From Clostridiales bacterium (lineage in GTDB: Bacteria > Bacillota > Clostridia > Peptostreptococcales > Anaerovoracaceae), in assembly GCA_015058185.1 (NCBI GenBank), contig SVCV01000001.1, forward strand, positions 17,869 through 81,868: a DNA stretch of 64,000 bases. The letters run 5' to 3'. The translations under genes were made by a program, and so were the position numbers. The notes below the pieces were generated by a model that saw only the letters and a program-made list of their open reading frames with translations, made no database searches and had not been told where the DNA came from. Of the stretch, positions 48,519 to 57,780 are shown in pieces; within the stretch, counting starts at the first letter, position 1, and every line of letters begins with the position of its first letter.

Positions 48519-48758
48519 ATGAATGGATCTGTTTTTTTAAATGAACTGCGGCGGGGGCAGGCTGCCCGGGTTTTGGGGCTGTCGGTTTCCGGCCCTATGC
48601 GCCGTCGGCTGCAGGATATGGGCCTGACGGAGGGTACTTTGATTTTTTGTGTGCAGGAAAGTCCCCTGGGAGATCCTCGGGCTTTTCGGATCCGGGGGGC
48701 TGTGGTAGCTCTTCGGGGAGAGGATGCCGCGAAGGTTTTGGTGGAACCCTATGTGTGA
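48519..48758 (+). CDS. feoA: ferrous iron transport protein A
   Basis: Small SH3-like FeoA motif pattern (L.....G....V......G..RRL.DMGL..G). Overlaps the feoB start. Confidence 0.88.
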   Translation: MNGSVFLNELRRGQAARVLGLSVSGPMRRRLQDMGLTEGTLIFCVQESPLGDPRAFRIRGAVVALRGEDAAKVLVEPYV

Positions 48759-50604
48759 TCCTGTCATTGCCCTTGCGGGGAATCCCAATGTGGGGAAGAG
48801 TACGATTTTTAACGGTTTGACGGGTCTTCGGCAGCATACGGGAAACTGGGCGGGAAAAACCGTGACCAATGCCAGCGGAAGTTTTTCCTATAAGGGACAG
48901 GTCATTACTTTAGCGGACATTCCCGGCTGCTACTCCCTCTTTTCCGATGCGGCGGAAGAGGGGACCGCAGCAGCGTTTCTTCGTTCTGACGATTGCGGCG
49001 GGGTCGTGGTGGTTTGCGATGCATCCTGTTTGGAGAGAAACCTGATCCTGGTCCTTCAGGTATTGGAACTCACTTCCAATGTGGTGGTTTGCGTAAACCT
49101 TCTGGACGAAGCCCGGAGGAAGAAGATCCGGGTGGACCTGTCGCTTTTGCAGGAATTATTGGGCGTCCCGGTAGTCGGAACAGAGGCGACACGGGGGAGA
49201 GGTCTCCGGGAGCTGAAAGATGCCTTGCTGCAGATGCAGGAAAACTGCTCCCGGAAATGGTCGGACAGGAGCTTTTTAGAAGCAGCCGAAGAGGTGCGGT
49301 TTTCGGAACTGGTTGGTCGGGCGGAAAAGATCGCTGCGCAAACGGTGACTTGCCTTGCGGGAAGGGAAGGGGCGGATCGGGACCTTCGGATCGATCGCAT
49401 CCTTACGGGAAAGGTCACGGCGTTCCCCATTATGTTTCTTCTTCTCGCGGGGATCTTTTGGATCACCATCGTGGGGGCAAATTACCCGTCCACTGTTTTG
49501 AACAGTGCTTTGTTTTGGGTGCAGGACCGGCTTTTGGCGGCAGCTTTGGGGGCCGGTTGGCCCGTTCCCCTGTGTGAGTTTCTTATTCTTGGGGGATACC
49601 GGGTGGTGGCCTGGGTGATCTCCGTCATGCTTCCTCCCATGGCGATTTTCTTTCCGCTCTTTACCATCCTGGAGGATCTGGGATATCTTCCCCGGATCGC
49701 ATTTAATCTGGATCGGCTCTTTCAAAAGTGCCGGGCCTGCGGAAAGCAAGCGCTGACTATGTGCATGGGCTTTGGCTGCAATGCTGTGGGCGTCATGGGC
49801 TGCCGGATCATCGACTCTCCCCGGGAACGGCTGATCGCCATATTGACCAACGCCTTTGTTCCCTGCAACGGTCGGTACCCGGCACTGGTGGCGATCCTTT
49901 CCATGTTCTTCGCCGGCTCCTTTTTCGGGATTGCGGGGGGCTTTTTTTCCGCCTTGCTCTTAGCGGGCCTGATCGTTTTGGGGATCCTGATGACCCTTCT
50001 GGCTTCCTGGCTGCTTTCCCGAACCATTCTGCGGGGCGTGCCTTCCTCCTTTACGCTGGAACTGCCGCCCTATCGGAAGCCCCAGATCGGAAAGATCATT
50101 CTTCGATCTGTTTTGGATCGAACCATGTTTGTGTTGGGAAGAGCGGCAATGGTTGCTGCCCCTGCAGGGCTTTTGATCTGGGTCCTTGCCAATATTCATG
50201 TAGAGGGTGTAAGTCTTTTGGCTCATGGGGCGGCTTTTCTGGATCCTTTTGCCTCCGTTCTTGGGCTGGATGGCATGATCCTGATGGCCTTCCTGTTGGG
50301 GATCCCTGCCAATGAGATCGTTCTTCCGATTTTGATCATGGCGTATATGGCCCAGGGGAATCTTGTGGGCTTTGAGGATCTGCGTTTTCTGCATCAGCTT
50401 TTGGTGGATAATGGATGGACCTGGACCACTGCAGTCAGCTTTCTCCTGTTCTCCCTGATGCATTGGCCCTGCTCCACTACACTTCTGACGATCCGCAAAG
50501 AGACCGGGGGCTGGAAGTGGGCTGCTGCAGCCTTTCTGCTGCCCACGGCCATGGGTTTGCTGGCCTGTTTTCTTTTTACTTCCGCAGCGGGCCTCTTTGT
50601 GTAG
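48751..50604 (+). CDS. feoB: ferrous iron transporter B
   Basis: G-domain GNPNVGKST, DIPG, and a gate or membrane domain with conserved Cys (GFGCN). The ATG at 48751 overlaps the feoA stop. Confidence 0.94.
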   Translation: MCDPVIALAGNPNVGKSTIFNGLTGLRQHTGNWAGKTVTNASGSFSYKGQVITLADIPGCYSLFSDAAEEGTAAAFLRSDDCGGVVVVCDASCLERNLILVLQVLELTSNVVVCVNLLDEARRKKIRVDLSLLQELLGVPVVGTEATRGRGLRELKDALLQMQENCSRKWSDRSFLEAAEEVRFSELVGRAEKIAAQTVTCLAGREGADRDLRIDRILTGKVTAFPIMFLLLAGIFWITIVGANYPSTVLNSALFWVQDRLLAAALGAGWPVPLCEFLILGGYRVVAWVISVMLPPMAIFFPLFTILEDLGYLPRIAFNLDRLFQKCRACGKQALTMCMGFGCNAVGVMGCRIIDSPRERLIAILTNAFVPCNGRYPALVAILSMFFAGSFFGIAGGFFSALLLAGLIVLGILMTLLASWLLSRTILRGVPSSFTLELPPYRKPQIGKIILRSVLDRTMFVLGRAAMVAAPAGLLIWVLANIHVEGVSLLAHGAAFLDPFASVLGLDGMILMAFLLGIPANEIVLPILIMAYMAQGNLVGFEDLRFLHQLLVDNGWTWTTAVSFLLFSLMHWPCSTTLLTIRKETGGWKWAAAAFLLPTAMGLLACFLFTSAAGLFV

Positions 50605-50647
50605 AGTTTGGTCTCCGGATACGTGGGAAGAATGTTGCAAACTATGA

Positions 50648-50677
50648 TTGACTTTTACCGTGAGTGTCCTGTATAAT
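50648..50677 (+). promoter_or_regulatory. promoter of the SRP RNA gene (TTGACT-18-TATAAT with a TG extension)
   Basis: TTGACT at 50648-50653 and TGTATAAT ending at 50677. Confidence 0.6.
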
Positions 50678-50682
50678 AGACA

Positions 50683-50845
50683 GGAAAATCGCTTCCCGGC
50701 AGCTTCGTTCGGCTCGGTTCGGGTCCCGCGCAATAAGAATCTGTGAACCTCGTCAGGTCCGGAAGGAAGCAGCGATAAACGGAGCCCCTTATGTGCCGCG
50801 GATTCGCCTGTTCCTGTCGGCGGAGCTGCCCGGGAGCGATTTTCC
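50683..50845 (+). ncRNA. ffs: signal recognition particle RNA (ffs/scr), about 160-nt form
   Basis: Contains the universal domain IV core GTCAGGTCCGGAAGGAAGCAGC and, by recollection, flanks matching Bacillus scRNA (GGGTCC.GCGCAAT...ATGTGCCGC). The 5' GGAAAATCGCTTCCCGGCAGC pairs with the 3' GCTGCCCGGGAGCGATTTTCC. It sits in the conserved position before dnaX. The ends are approximate. Confidence 0.88.
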
Positions 50846-50880
50846 TTTTATCCTGTAAAGTTGTTTTCCGCGGAGGAATT

Positions 50881-52407
50881 ATGTATCAGGCACTGTACCG
50901 TACCTTCCGTCCCGACACCTTTGAAAGTGTCCTTGGACAGGAACACATCATTCGCATATTGAAGAACCAAATCAACACCGGTTCTACGGGACATGCCTAT
51001 CTGTTCTGCGGAACCAGAGGAACGGGTAAGACCACCATGGCCAGAATTCTGGCAAAGGGGGTAAACTGTACCGGTCCCAAGGGCGCAAGACCCTGCGGGG
51101 AATGTGAAAACTGCCGGGCCATTCGCGATGGCGTCTTCATGGATGTCATTGAGATCGACGCCGCCTCCAACAACAGCGTGGATAACATCAGAGAACTTCG
51201 GGAGAGCGTAAAGTATCCTCCCGTTACCGGAAGATATAAAGTCTACATCGTGGACGAAGTGCACATGCTGACCCCCGGTGCATTCAATGCCCTTTTGAAA
51301 ACTCTGGAAGAGCCTCCCCAGAATGTTATGTTCATCCTGGCTACCACAGAGCCCCAAAAACTTCCCGCTACGATCCTTTCCCGCTGCCTCCGTCTGGATT
51401 TCCGCCGGGTGCCTGAGAGCATTATGCGCGAAGGATTCCGCCGGATCTGCGGAGAACTGGGAGTGAAGATCAGCGAAGGTGCCTTAGGTCTGATTGCGGC
51501 CAATGCGGACGGTTCCGTTCGTGACGGCCTTTCTTTGCTGGACCAGTGTCTGGCTGCCGGGGATAAAGAGATCGCCCGGGCGGATATTCTGTCCATCTTA
51601 GGAACTTCCGGTGAAGAGGTCTTTATGGAAATGACCGCCCATGTTTCTGCCGGCCAGACCGCAGAAGCCCTTTTGCTTCTGAACCGGATCCTGGATGACG
51701 GCAAGGATGTGCGGCAGTTTATGAGAGACTGGGTAAGCCATTACCGGAGTCTGCTCATGGCCAAGTTTGTAAAATCTCCGGAAGATATCCTCAACATGTC
51801 TCCGGAAAATATAGAAAGAGTTCAGGCCCAGGCCCAGGAATTGTCCCTGGCGGAACTGAACCGCTGCATTCGGGAATTGTCCAAAACGATCTCCGAGGCA
51901 AAGTGGTCCGCCCGTCCCCGGGTTTTGCTGGAACTCACCATTGTGGAATTGTCCGCGGGGATCCCTGCGGAACCTGTGAGAACAGAGGCTCCCCGACCTG
52001 CGGCAGCTCCCGTACAGAGACCTGCTCCGGCTCCGGCAGCAGCACCTGCTCCCGCACCGGTGGCTCCCGCGCCTGCACCCCGGGCACAAAAGCCTGCGGA
52101 AGGACCCTCTTCGGAAGAATTGGCGCCCCTTTGGGAAAATGTTCTCAATGACGAACAGGCCCAGGGAAGCATCCAGCTTCTTCGGGGGATCACCTGTCTG
52201 AAGAAGATGGACGAAAAGGTCTTTATGGTGGAACTCTCCAGCGGCAATATGGAATTTTTCCTGCAAAGCAATGCCAAGGGACTTGAGACCATTATGCAAA
52301 AGTACACAGGCCGCACTTTGCGGATGGAATATACGATCACGCCGGGTTCCGGTGACCCGTTCCAGGGTCTGGAAGAGGCGGAACAGCAAGCATTTGATGA
52401 TTTTTAG
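50881..52407 (+). CDS. dnaX: DNA polymerase III subunit gamma/tau
   Basis: MYQALYRTFRP..F..V.GQEHI start, GTRGTGKTT, and a zinc module CGEC..C. The ATG at 50881 follows GGAGGA. The track's start at 50791 lies inside the SRP RNA. Confidence 0.95.
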   Translation: MYQALYRTFRPDTFESVLGQEHIIRILKNQINTGSTGHAYLFCGTRGTGKTTMARILAKGVNCTGPKGARPCGECENCRAIRDGVFMDVIEIDAASNNSVDNIRELRESVKYPPVTGRYKVYIVDEVHMLTPGAFNALLKTLEEPPQNVMFILATTEPQKLPATILSRCLRLDFRRVPESIMREGFRRICGELGVKISEGALGLIAANADGSVRDGLSLLDQCLAAGDKEIARADILSILGTSGEEVFMEMTAHVSAGQTAEALLLLNRILDDGKDVRQFMRDWVSHYRSLLMAKFVKSPEDILNMSPENIERVQAQAQELSLAELNRCIRELSKTISEAKWSARPRVLLELTIVELSAGIPAEPVRTEAPRPAAAPVQRPAPAPAAAPAPAPVAPAPAPRAQKPAEGPSSEELAPLWENVLNDEQAQGSIQLLRGITCLKKMDEKVFMVELSSGNMEFFLQSNAKGLETIMQKYTGRTLRMEYTITPGSGDPFQGLEEAEQQAFDDF

Positions 52408-52419
52408 GAGGAATAAAAA

Positions 52420-52776
52420 ATGGGCAGAGGAATGAGAGCCGGTAAGAAACCCAGCATGGGCGGCGGCGGTGGCAGCATGCAGAAGCAGATCCAGCAGGTT
52501 CAGCAGATGCAGAGACAGATGGAAGCCATCCAGGCTGAACTGGAACAGAAGGAAATTTCCGCAACCGCAGGCGGCGGCGCTGTAAGCGTGACCGTAAACG
52601 GTAAGAAGGAACTGACCGCTGTGGAGATCAAGCCTGAAGTAGTGGATCCCGATGATGTAGAAATGCTCCAGGATCTGATCATGGCAGCAGCCAACGAAGC
52701 TCTTCGTCAGATGGAAGAACTGAGCCAGTCTGAAATGAGCAAGGTCACCGGAGGCCTGAATATCCCCGGTCTGTAG
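52420..52776 (+). CDS. ybaB: YbaB/EbfC family nucleoid-associated protein
   Basis: 118 aa with Q-rich [12 protein letters not shown], then GGGAV.V...G motifs. It lies between dnaX and recR. Confidence 0.92.
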   Translation: MGRGMRAGKKPSMGGGGGSMQKQIQQVQQMQRQMEAIQAELEQKEISATAGGGAVSVTVNGKKELTAVEIKPEVVDPDDVEMLQDLIMAAANEALRQMEELSQSEMSKVTGGLNIPGL

Positions 52777-52780
52777 GAAT

Positions 52781-53380
52781 ATGAAACATTATGCAAAGCC
52801 CCTGGCCAATCTCATTGGCCAGCTTTCCAGGCTCCCCGGTATCGGCGGAAAGAGCGCCCAGCGCCTGGCTTTTCACATCCTTTCCATGGATGAACAGGAA
52901 GCCTTCGCCATTGCCGATGCCATCCTGGATGCAAAAAAGAATATGAAATACTGTTCGGTCTGCGGCAATCTGACGGATGTGGATCCCTGCGGGATCTGCT
53001 CGGACAGCAGCCGGGACGAAAAGGTGATCTGCGTGGTGGAAGGTCCCCGGGATGTGACTGCAATGGAACGGATCCGGGAGTTCAAGGGTCTTTACCATGT
53101 TCTTCACGGTGCCATTTCTCCCATGGACGGTGTAGGTCCGGAGGACATCAACCTGAAGTCCCTGATCCTTCGCCTTCAGCAAAACGATGTGGAGGAAGTG
53201 ATCCTGGCCACCAATCCCAATATCGAAGGGGAAGCCACGGCGATGTATATTGCCCGGCTCATTAAGCCCTCCGGGATCAAAGTTTCCCGGATCGCCCACG
53301 GACTTCCTGTAGGCGGCGACCTGGATTATGCGGATGAAGTGACCTTATCCAAGGCCATGGAAGGGCGCAGAGAACTTTAA
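52781..53380 (+). CDS. recR: recombination protein RecR
   Basis: [14 protein letters not shown], a C4 zinc finger (CSVCGN...CGIC) and a Toprim domain. Confidence 0.95.
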   Translation: MKHYAKPLANLIGQLSRLPGIGGKSAQRLAFHILSMDEQEAFAIADAILDAKKNMKYCSVCGNLTDVDPCGICSDSSRDEKVICVVEGPRDVTAMERIREFKGLYHVLHGAISPMDGVGPEDINLKSLILRLQQNDVEEVILATNPNIEGEATAMYIARLIKPSGIKVSRIAHGLPVGGDLDYADEVTLSKAMEGRREL

Positions 53381-53414
53381 CTTGTTTGCTCCGAAGCAAA
53401 AGCCTTTGTCTATA

Positions 53415-53443
53415 TTGACTTTTGCTCCGAAACATGACATAAT
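53415..53443 (+). promoter_or_regulatory. sigma-A type promoter for the SCIFF precursor (TTGACT-17-CATAAT)
   Basis: TTGACT at 53415-53420, 17-nt spacer, CATAAT at 53438-53443. The spacer contains one copy of an 11-nt direct repeat. Confidence 0.55.
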
Positions 53444-53475
53444 TTATAACAACAATTTTTGCGGAGGAAGTTACT

Positions 53476-53628
53476 ATGGAACACATTAAGACCATCGAAA
53501 CTCGCAATCTGTGTGACAGCGCAAAGAACGGCGGCTGCGGCGAATGCCAGACCTCTTGCCAGTCCGCTTGCAAGACCAGCTGCGGTATCGCAAACCAGTA
53601 CTGCGAAAACACTAAGGAAAGCAAGTAA
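53476..53628 (+). CDS. six-cysteine peptide SCIFF (ranthipeptide precursor), 50 aa, not in the ORF track
   Basis: Hand translation gives MEHIKTIETRNLCDSAKNGGCGECQTSCQSACKTSCGIANQYCENTKESK. The core GGCGECQTSCQSACKTSC is the SCIFF signature. GGAGGA lies 7 nt upstream. The cognate rSAM maturase gene follows. Confidence 0.92.
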   Translation: MEHIKTIETRNLCDSAKNGGCGECQTSCQSACKTSCGIANQYCENTKESK

Positions 53629-53638
53629 TTGCAGACGC

Positions 53639-53669
53639 AAAAATGCCGCCGTTTCGGGCGGCATTTTTA
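53639..53669 (+). terminator. intrinsic terminator/attenuator between the SCIFF precursor and its maturase
   Basis: AAAAATGCCGCC-GTTTCG-GGCGGCATTTTT. This is the classic RiPP arrangement that sets the precursor-to-enzyme ratio. Confidence 0.8.
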
Positions 53670-53694
53670 TTGCGGATGCCAAAGGAGATCGTTT

Positions 53695-55077
53695 ATGGTA
53701 CATCAATATAAATTGGGCGGCTACAATATCGTATTGGATATTTGTTCCGGTGCTATCCATGTAGTGGATGATCTGGCCTATGATATCGTCTCTGTTTTTG
53801 AGGCGAAGGACCGGGATGCCGTTCTTTTGGAAATGAAAGAAAAGCACAGCGACAAGAACCTTTCTGACGAGGAGCTTGGCCGCTGCTATGACCAGGTCGC
53901 CGGACTGAAGGAGCAGGGAAAGCTGTTTTCTCCCGACACCTTCGAATCCATGGCCGGTGCTTTAAAAGAAAAGACCGCAGGAGTCGTAAAGGCTCTCTGC
54001 CTGCATATATCTCACACCTGCAATCTGAACTGCTCCTATTGCTTCGCCAGCCAGGGCAACTACCACGGCGAGCGGGCGGTTATGAGCTTTGAAGTAGGGA
54101 AGCAGGCTTTGGATTACCTCATCGCAAATTCCGGCACCAGAAAAAATCTGGAAGTGGACTTTTTCGGCGGGGAACCCCTGATGAATTTCCAGGTGGTAAA
54201 AGACCTGGTAGCCTATGCCCGGGAAGTGGAAAAGGAGCACGGAAAGAACTTCCGCTTTACTCTGACCACCAACGGACTGCTTATCGATGACGATGTGATC
54301 GAATTTGCCAACAAGGAAATGAGCAACGTAGTTCTCAGCCTGGATGGCCGCAAGGAGATCCATGACCGTTTCCGCGTGGACTATGCCGGCAACGGAAGTT
54401 GGGAAAAGATCGTTCCCAAGTTCCAAAAGCTTGTAGAGGCCCGGGGCGGAAAGAACTATTACATGCGGGGTACCTTTACTCACGCAAATCCGGATTTCCT
54501 GGCAGACATTCAGCAGATGCTGGATCTGGGCTTCCGCGAACTGAGCATGGAACCCGTAGTCTGTGCAAAGGGCGATCCTTCCGAACTGACGGAAGAGGAT
54601 AAGGCCATCGTGCTGGATCAGTACGAAAAGCTGGCTGAACTCATGTTGGAAAGAGACAAGGAAGGCAAACCCTTCACCTTCTATCATTACATGATCGACC
54701 TTACCGGCGGTCCCTGCATTTATAAGAGAATTTCCGGCTGCGGTTCCGGTACGGAATACATGGCCGTTACGCCCTGGGGTGACCTGTACCCCTGTCACCA
54801 GTTTGTGGGCGAAGAAAAGTTTAAGCTGGGCGATGTTTGGAACGGTGTGACAAAACCCGAGATCCAGGACGAATTTATGGGCTGCAATGTTTATGCCCGT
54901 AAGGAATGCCACGACTGCTGGGCCCGTCTTTACTGTTCCGGCGGCTGTGCTGCTAACGCCTACCATTCCACCGGTTCCATCAAGGGCGTTTACGAATATG
55001 GCTGCGACCTGTTCCGGAAGAGAATGGAATGCGCCATTATGGTCGCTATCGCAAGAGCATTTGGAGATAACAAGTAA
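53695..55077 (+). CDS. radical SAM/SPASM thioether-forming SCIFF peptide maturase
   Basis: CNLNCSYC (CxxxCxxC) radical SAM cluster and a C-terminal SPASM region (CHDCWARLYCSGGC). It lies immediately downstream of SCIFF. The ATG at 53695 follows AAGGAG. Confidence 0.92.
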   Translation: MVHQYKLGGYNIVLDICSGAIHVVDDLAYDIVSVFEAKDRDAVLLEMKEKHSDKNLSDEELGRCYDQVAGLKEQGKLFSPDTFESMAGALKEKTAGVVKALCLHISHTCNLNCSYCFASQGNYHGERAVMSFEVGKQALDYLIANSGTRKNLEVDFFGGEPLMNFQVVKDLVAYAREVEKEHGKNFRFTLTTNGLLIDDDVIEFANKEMSNVVLSLDGRKEIHDRFRVDYAGNGSWEKIVPKFQKLVEARGGKNYYMRGTFTHANPDFLADIQQMLDLGFRELSMEPVVCAKGDPSELTEEDKAIVLDQYEKLAELMLERDKEGKPFTFYHYMIDLTGGPCIYKRISGCGSGTEYMAVTPWGDLYPCHQFVGEEKFKLGDVWNGVTKPEIQDEFMGCNVYARKECHDCWARLYCSGGCAANAYHSTGSIKGVYEYGCDLFRKRMECAIMVAIARAFGDNK

Positions 55078-56423
55078 TGAAAACTCCCATTTTGGATTTT
55101 GCGAAAACCTATGACGAAAAAGAACCTTTGCGGCTCCATGTCCCCGGTCATAAGGGGAAGGGGCCTCTTGGCTCTGAGGGCATTGATCTGACGGAGATCG
55201 ATGGGGCAGACAGCCTTTACGATGCGGAGGGCATCATCCGGGAGAGCGAGAAGAATGCAGGAAGCCTGTTCGGTGCGGAGACTTTCTTCTCTGCAGAAGG
55301 ATCTTCCCTTTGCATTCGGGCCATGCTTTATTTGGCAGTTCTCTATGCCCGGTCCCAGGGAAAGAAGCCTGTGATCGCTGCCGGTCGGAATGCCCATAAA
55401 ACCTTTCTCAGCGGGGCGGCTCTTTTGGATTTTGAACTGCAGTGGATCTATCCCCGGACGATGGACTCCTATCTGTCCTGTTTGGTGGATGGGGAAACCA
55501 TTGAAGCGTTTTTCGCCTCTGCGGAAGAAATGCCTACGGCGGTTTACCTCACCAGCCCCGACTATTTGGGAAATACCGTGGATCTGGCTGCCATTTCGGA
55601 AGTGTGTCATCGTCATGGCGTTCTTCTCATTGTGGACAATGCTCACGGTTCATACCTGAAATTCCTGCCGGAGTCCCGCCATCCTATGGATCTGGGTGCA
55701 GACCTTTGCTGCGACTCTGCCCATAAGACTCTGCCCTCTGTCACCGGCGGAGCTTACCTGCATGTTTCAAAAAATGCTCCGGAATTGTTCCTGGAACAGG
55801 CAAAGAATGCCCTGGCGCTGTTTGGATCTACCAGTCCTTCCTATCTGATCATGGAATCCCTGGATGGGGTCAATGCTTATCTGGATGCCGGCTACAGGGA
55901 AAAGCTGGAGCGGTTTATTCCCAAACTGGATGGACTGAAATCCCGGCTTATGAAAAAGGGATGGACTCTCCTTGGGGACGAACCTCTGAAAATGACTTTG
56001 GTAACAAAGCCTTTTGGATATGAAGGCCACGCTTTGGCTAAGATCCTGGAAGATGCAAACATCGTCTGCGAATTTGCGGACCCTGATTTTTTAGTCATGA
56101 TGTTCACCCCGGAGATTTCGGAGAAAGATCTTGCAAAGCTGGAAAGGGCTCTTGACGCGGTTCCCCGAAAAACTCCCATTGTAGATCATGCCCCTGCTTT
56201 CCAGGCACCGGAACGGGTGATCTCCGTTCGGGAAGCACTTTTTTCTCCCAGTGAAGTGATCCCGGTTTCCGAAAGTGAGGGGAGAATTCTGGCAGCCGCT
56301 ACCGTTGGATGCCCCCCTGCAGTTCCTATCGTTGTCTGCGGGGAAAAAATCAAAAAGGAAGACATCAAAGCCTTCCTGTATTACGGCATCGAAACCTGCT
56401 CAGTTGTAAAGGAGGAAAGGTAA
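55077..56423 (+). CDS. PLP-dependent Orn/Lys/Arg decarboxylase-fold protein (Bacillus YaaO-like)
   Basis: HVPGHKG motif and the PLP lysine context DSAHKTLP. Its start overlaps the maturase stop by 1 nt (TAATG). Confidence 0.85.
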   Translation: MKTPILDFAKTYDEKEPLRLHVPGHKGKGPLGSEGIDLTEIDGADSLYDAEGIIRESEKNAGSLFGAETFFSAEGSSLCIRAMLYLAVLYARSQGKKPVIAAGRNAHKTFLSGAALLDFELQWIYPRTMDSYLSCLVDGETIEAFFASAEEMPTAVYLTSPDYLGNTVDLAAISEVCHRHGVLLIVDNAHGSYLKFLPESRHPMDLGADLCCDSAHKTLPSVTGGAYLHVSKNAPELFLEQAKNALALFGSTSPSYLIMESLDGVNAYLDAGYREKLERFIPKLDGLKSRLMKKGWTLLGDEPLKMTLVTKPFGYEGHALAKILEDANIVCEFADPDFLVMMFTPEISEKDLAKLERALDAVPRKTPIVDHAPAFQAPERVISVREALFSPSEVIPVSESEGRILAAATVGCPPAVPIVVCGEKIKKEDIKAFLYYGIETCSVVKEER

Positions 56424-56819
56424 ATGTCCGGAATTTTGATCACAGCCATCGTCACCATCACGTTAGCCCTGGTCTTTTATACCATCGGTGTTTGGTCGGA
56501 GCATCACAGCAAAAGGCTGAAGAAGCCCCATCTGGTATTCTTTTGGCTGGGCCTTTGTATGGATACCACCGGTACCATGCTCATGGGCGAGATCGCAGGA
56601 CATTCCATGATCGCCGGAAACTTCTCCGTTCACGGTGTTACCGGTGCCCTGGCAATCCTTCTCATGATCGTTCACGCTATCTGGGCCACCGTTGTTCTTG
56701 TGAAGAATAACGAAAAGGCTACAAAGAACTTCCATAGGTTCAGTATCCTTGTTTGGGTCATCTGGCTGATTCCCTACATCATCGGCCTGATCATGGGTAT
56801 GGGTATGGGCATGCACTAA
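56424..56819 (+). CDS. small four-helix His-rich membrane protein (HsmA-like, putative haem-binding)
   Basis: 131 aa with four predicted TM helices and conserved His residues. It starts at the nucleotide after the upstream stop. Confidence 0.65.
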   Translation: MSGILITAIVTITLALVFYTIGVWSEHHSKRLKKPHLVFFWLGLCMDTTGTMLMGEIAGHSMIAGNFSVHGVTGALAILLMIVHAIWATVVLVKNNEKATKNFHRFSILVWVIWLIPYIIGLIMGMGMGMH

Positions 56820-56836
56820 ATAAATAACACATGAAA

Positions 56837-56870
56837 AAAGGACCGAAAACCCCGGTCCTTTCGTTATTTT
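56837..56870. terminator. bidirectional terminator between the HsmA-like gene and the convergent ZIP transporter gene
   Basis: AAAGGACCG-loop-CGGTCCTTT flanked by an A-run and a T-rich tail. Confidence 0.8.
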
Positions 56871-56875
56871 TGATA

Positions 56876-57628
56876 TTAACCTAACAGCACATCGGACAGT
56901 AAGATCACGCAGAAGCCGATAAGCAGGGCCCAGGTAACTCCCCTGGTATTGCTGTGGTGGGTTTCCGGGATCATTTCGTCACTGACCACATAGAGCATGG
57001 TGCCGCCGGCAAAGGCTAAAGCAAAGGGCAGGATCACCGCTGCCACACTGACGGCGAAGTATCCGATGAGGGTGCCGGCCACTTCCACCAGCCCGGTGAG
57101 GAGGGCGATGAAGAAGGTTTTTCCGGGCTTGATGCCGGCTGCCAACATAGGGGCGATAATGACCATGCCTTCCGGAATGTTTTGAAGGGCGATCCCTCCT
57201 GCGATCAGCAATGCTGCGGAAGTGTCTCCGGAGCCGAAACTGACGCCGGCGGCAATGCCTTCGGGAAAGTTATGGATAGCGATGGCCAAAACGAAAAGCA
57301 GGATCTTATCCACATTTACGTTATTTTTGTGTTCTTCAATGTCGGCACCTGCCAGCCTGTGCAGATGAGGGACCAGCCTGTCCACTACGTTCAGGAACAA
57401 AGCGCCCACAAAAATCCCGGCGATGGTGATGAGCAGAGCGTATTTTCCCCCGTATTCCAACGAGGGAACGATGAGACCGAAAACCGCCGCTGCCAGCATG
57501 ACCCCCGCCGCAAAGGCAATGATCAGGTCATTGAATTTATGGGATGCATTTTTAAAAAGAAAACCTATCGCCGCGCCGATGACGGTGGCTCCGCCAACGC
57601 CGGCTGCGGTCAGAAGTACCATTGTCAT
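56876..57628 (-). CDS. zupT: ZIP family divalent metal (zinc) transporter
   Basis: HNFPEG motif and the LQNIPEG variant typical of ZupT/GufA. 250 aa. Confidence 0.88.
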   Translation of the reverse strand: MTMVLLTAAGVGGATVIGAAIGFLFKNASHKFNDLIIAFAAGVMLAAAVFGLIVPSLEYGGKYALLITIAGIFVGALFLNVVDRLVPHLHRLAGADIEEHKNNVNVDKILLFVLAIAIHNFPEGIAAGVSFGSGDTSAALLIAGGIALQNIPEGMVIIAPMLAAGIKPGKTFFIALLTGLVEVAGTLIGYFAVSVAAVILPFALAFAGGTMLYVVSDEMIPETHHSNTRGVTWALLIGFCVILLSDVLLG

Positions 57629-57780
57629 AAAAGCCTCCTGTGAAAAAGCTTTTGCTTTTTTCTTATTATAACTCTGAATGCTGATGTTTTACAGAAAAAT
57701 ATAAAATCCCGCATAATTTCCTGTTTTTCAAGAGACAATATAACCACGCACATCAGTTGTGAAAAAAGGAGATTCGATAT

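Noticed and set aside
50791-50880. The 5' extension of the dnaX ORF (MCRGFACSCRRSC...)
   Set aside because: It overlaps the 3' half of the SRP RNA and has no SD. The conserved DnaX N-terminus MYQALYR starts at 50881, right after GGAGGA.
50881-52407. A programmed frameshift site in dnaX (A AAA AAG-type slippery heptamer)
   Set aside because: I saw no slippery heptamer followed by a stem-loop in the gene. The Pro/Ala-rich linker is ordinary low complexity.
57700-57745. A forespore sigma-G/F-type promoter for spoVT (GCATAA ... CAATATA)
   Set aside because: The spacer is about 19-20 nt, longer than the 17-18 nt consensus. It is plausible biologically, but the match is too weak to report as a feature.
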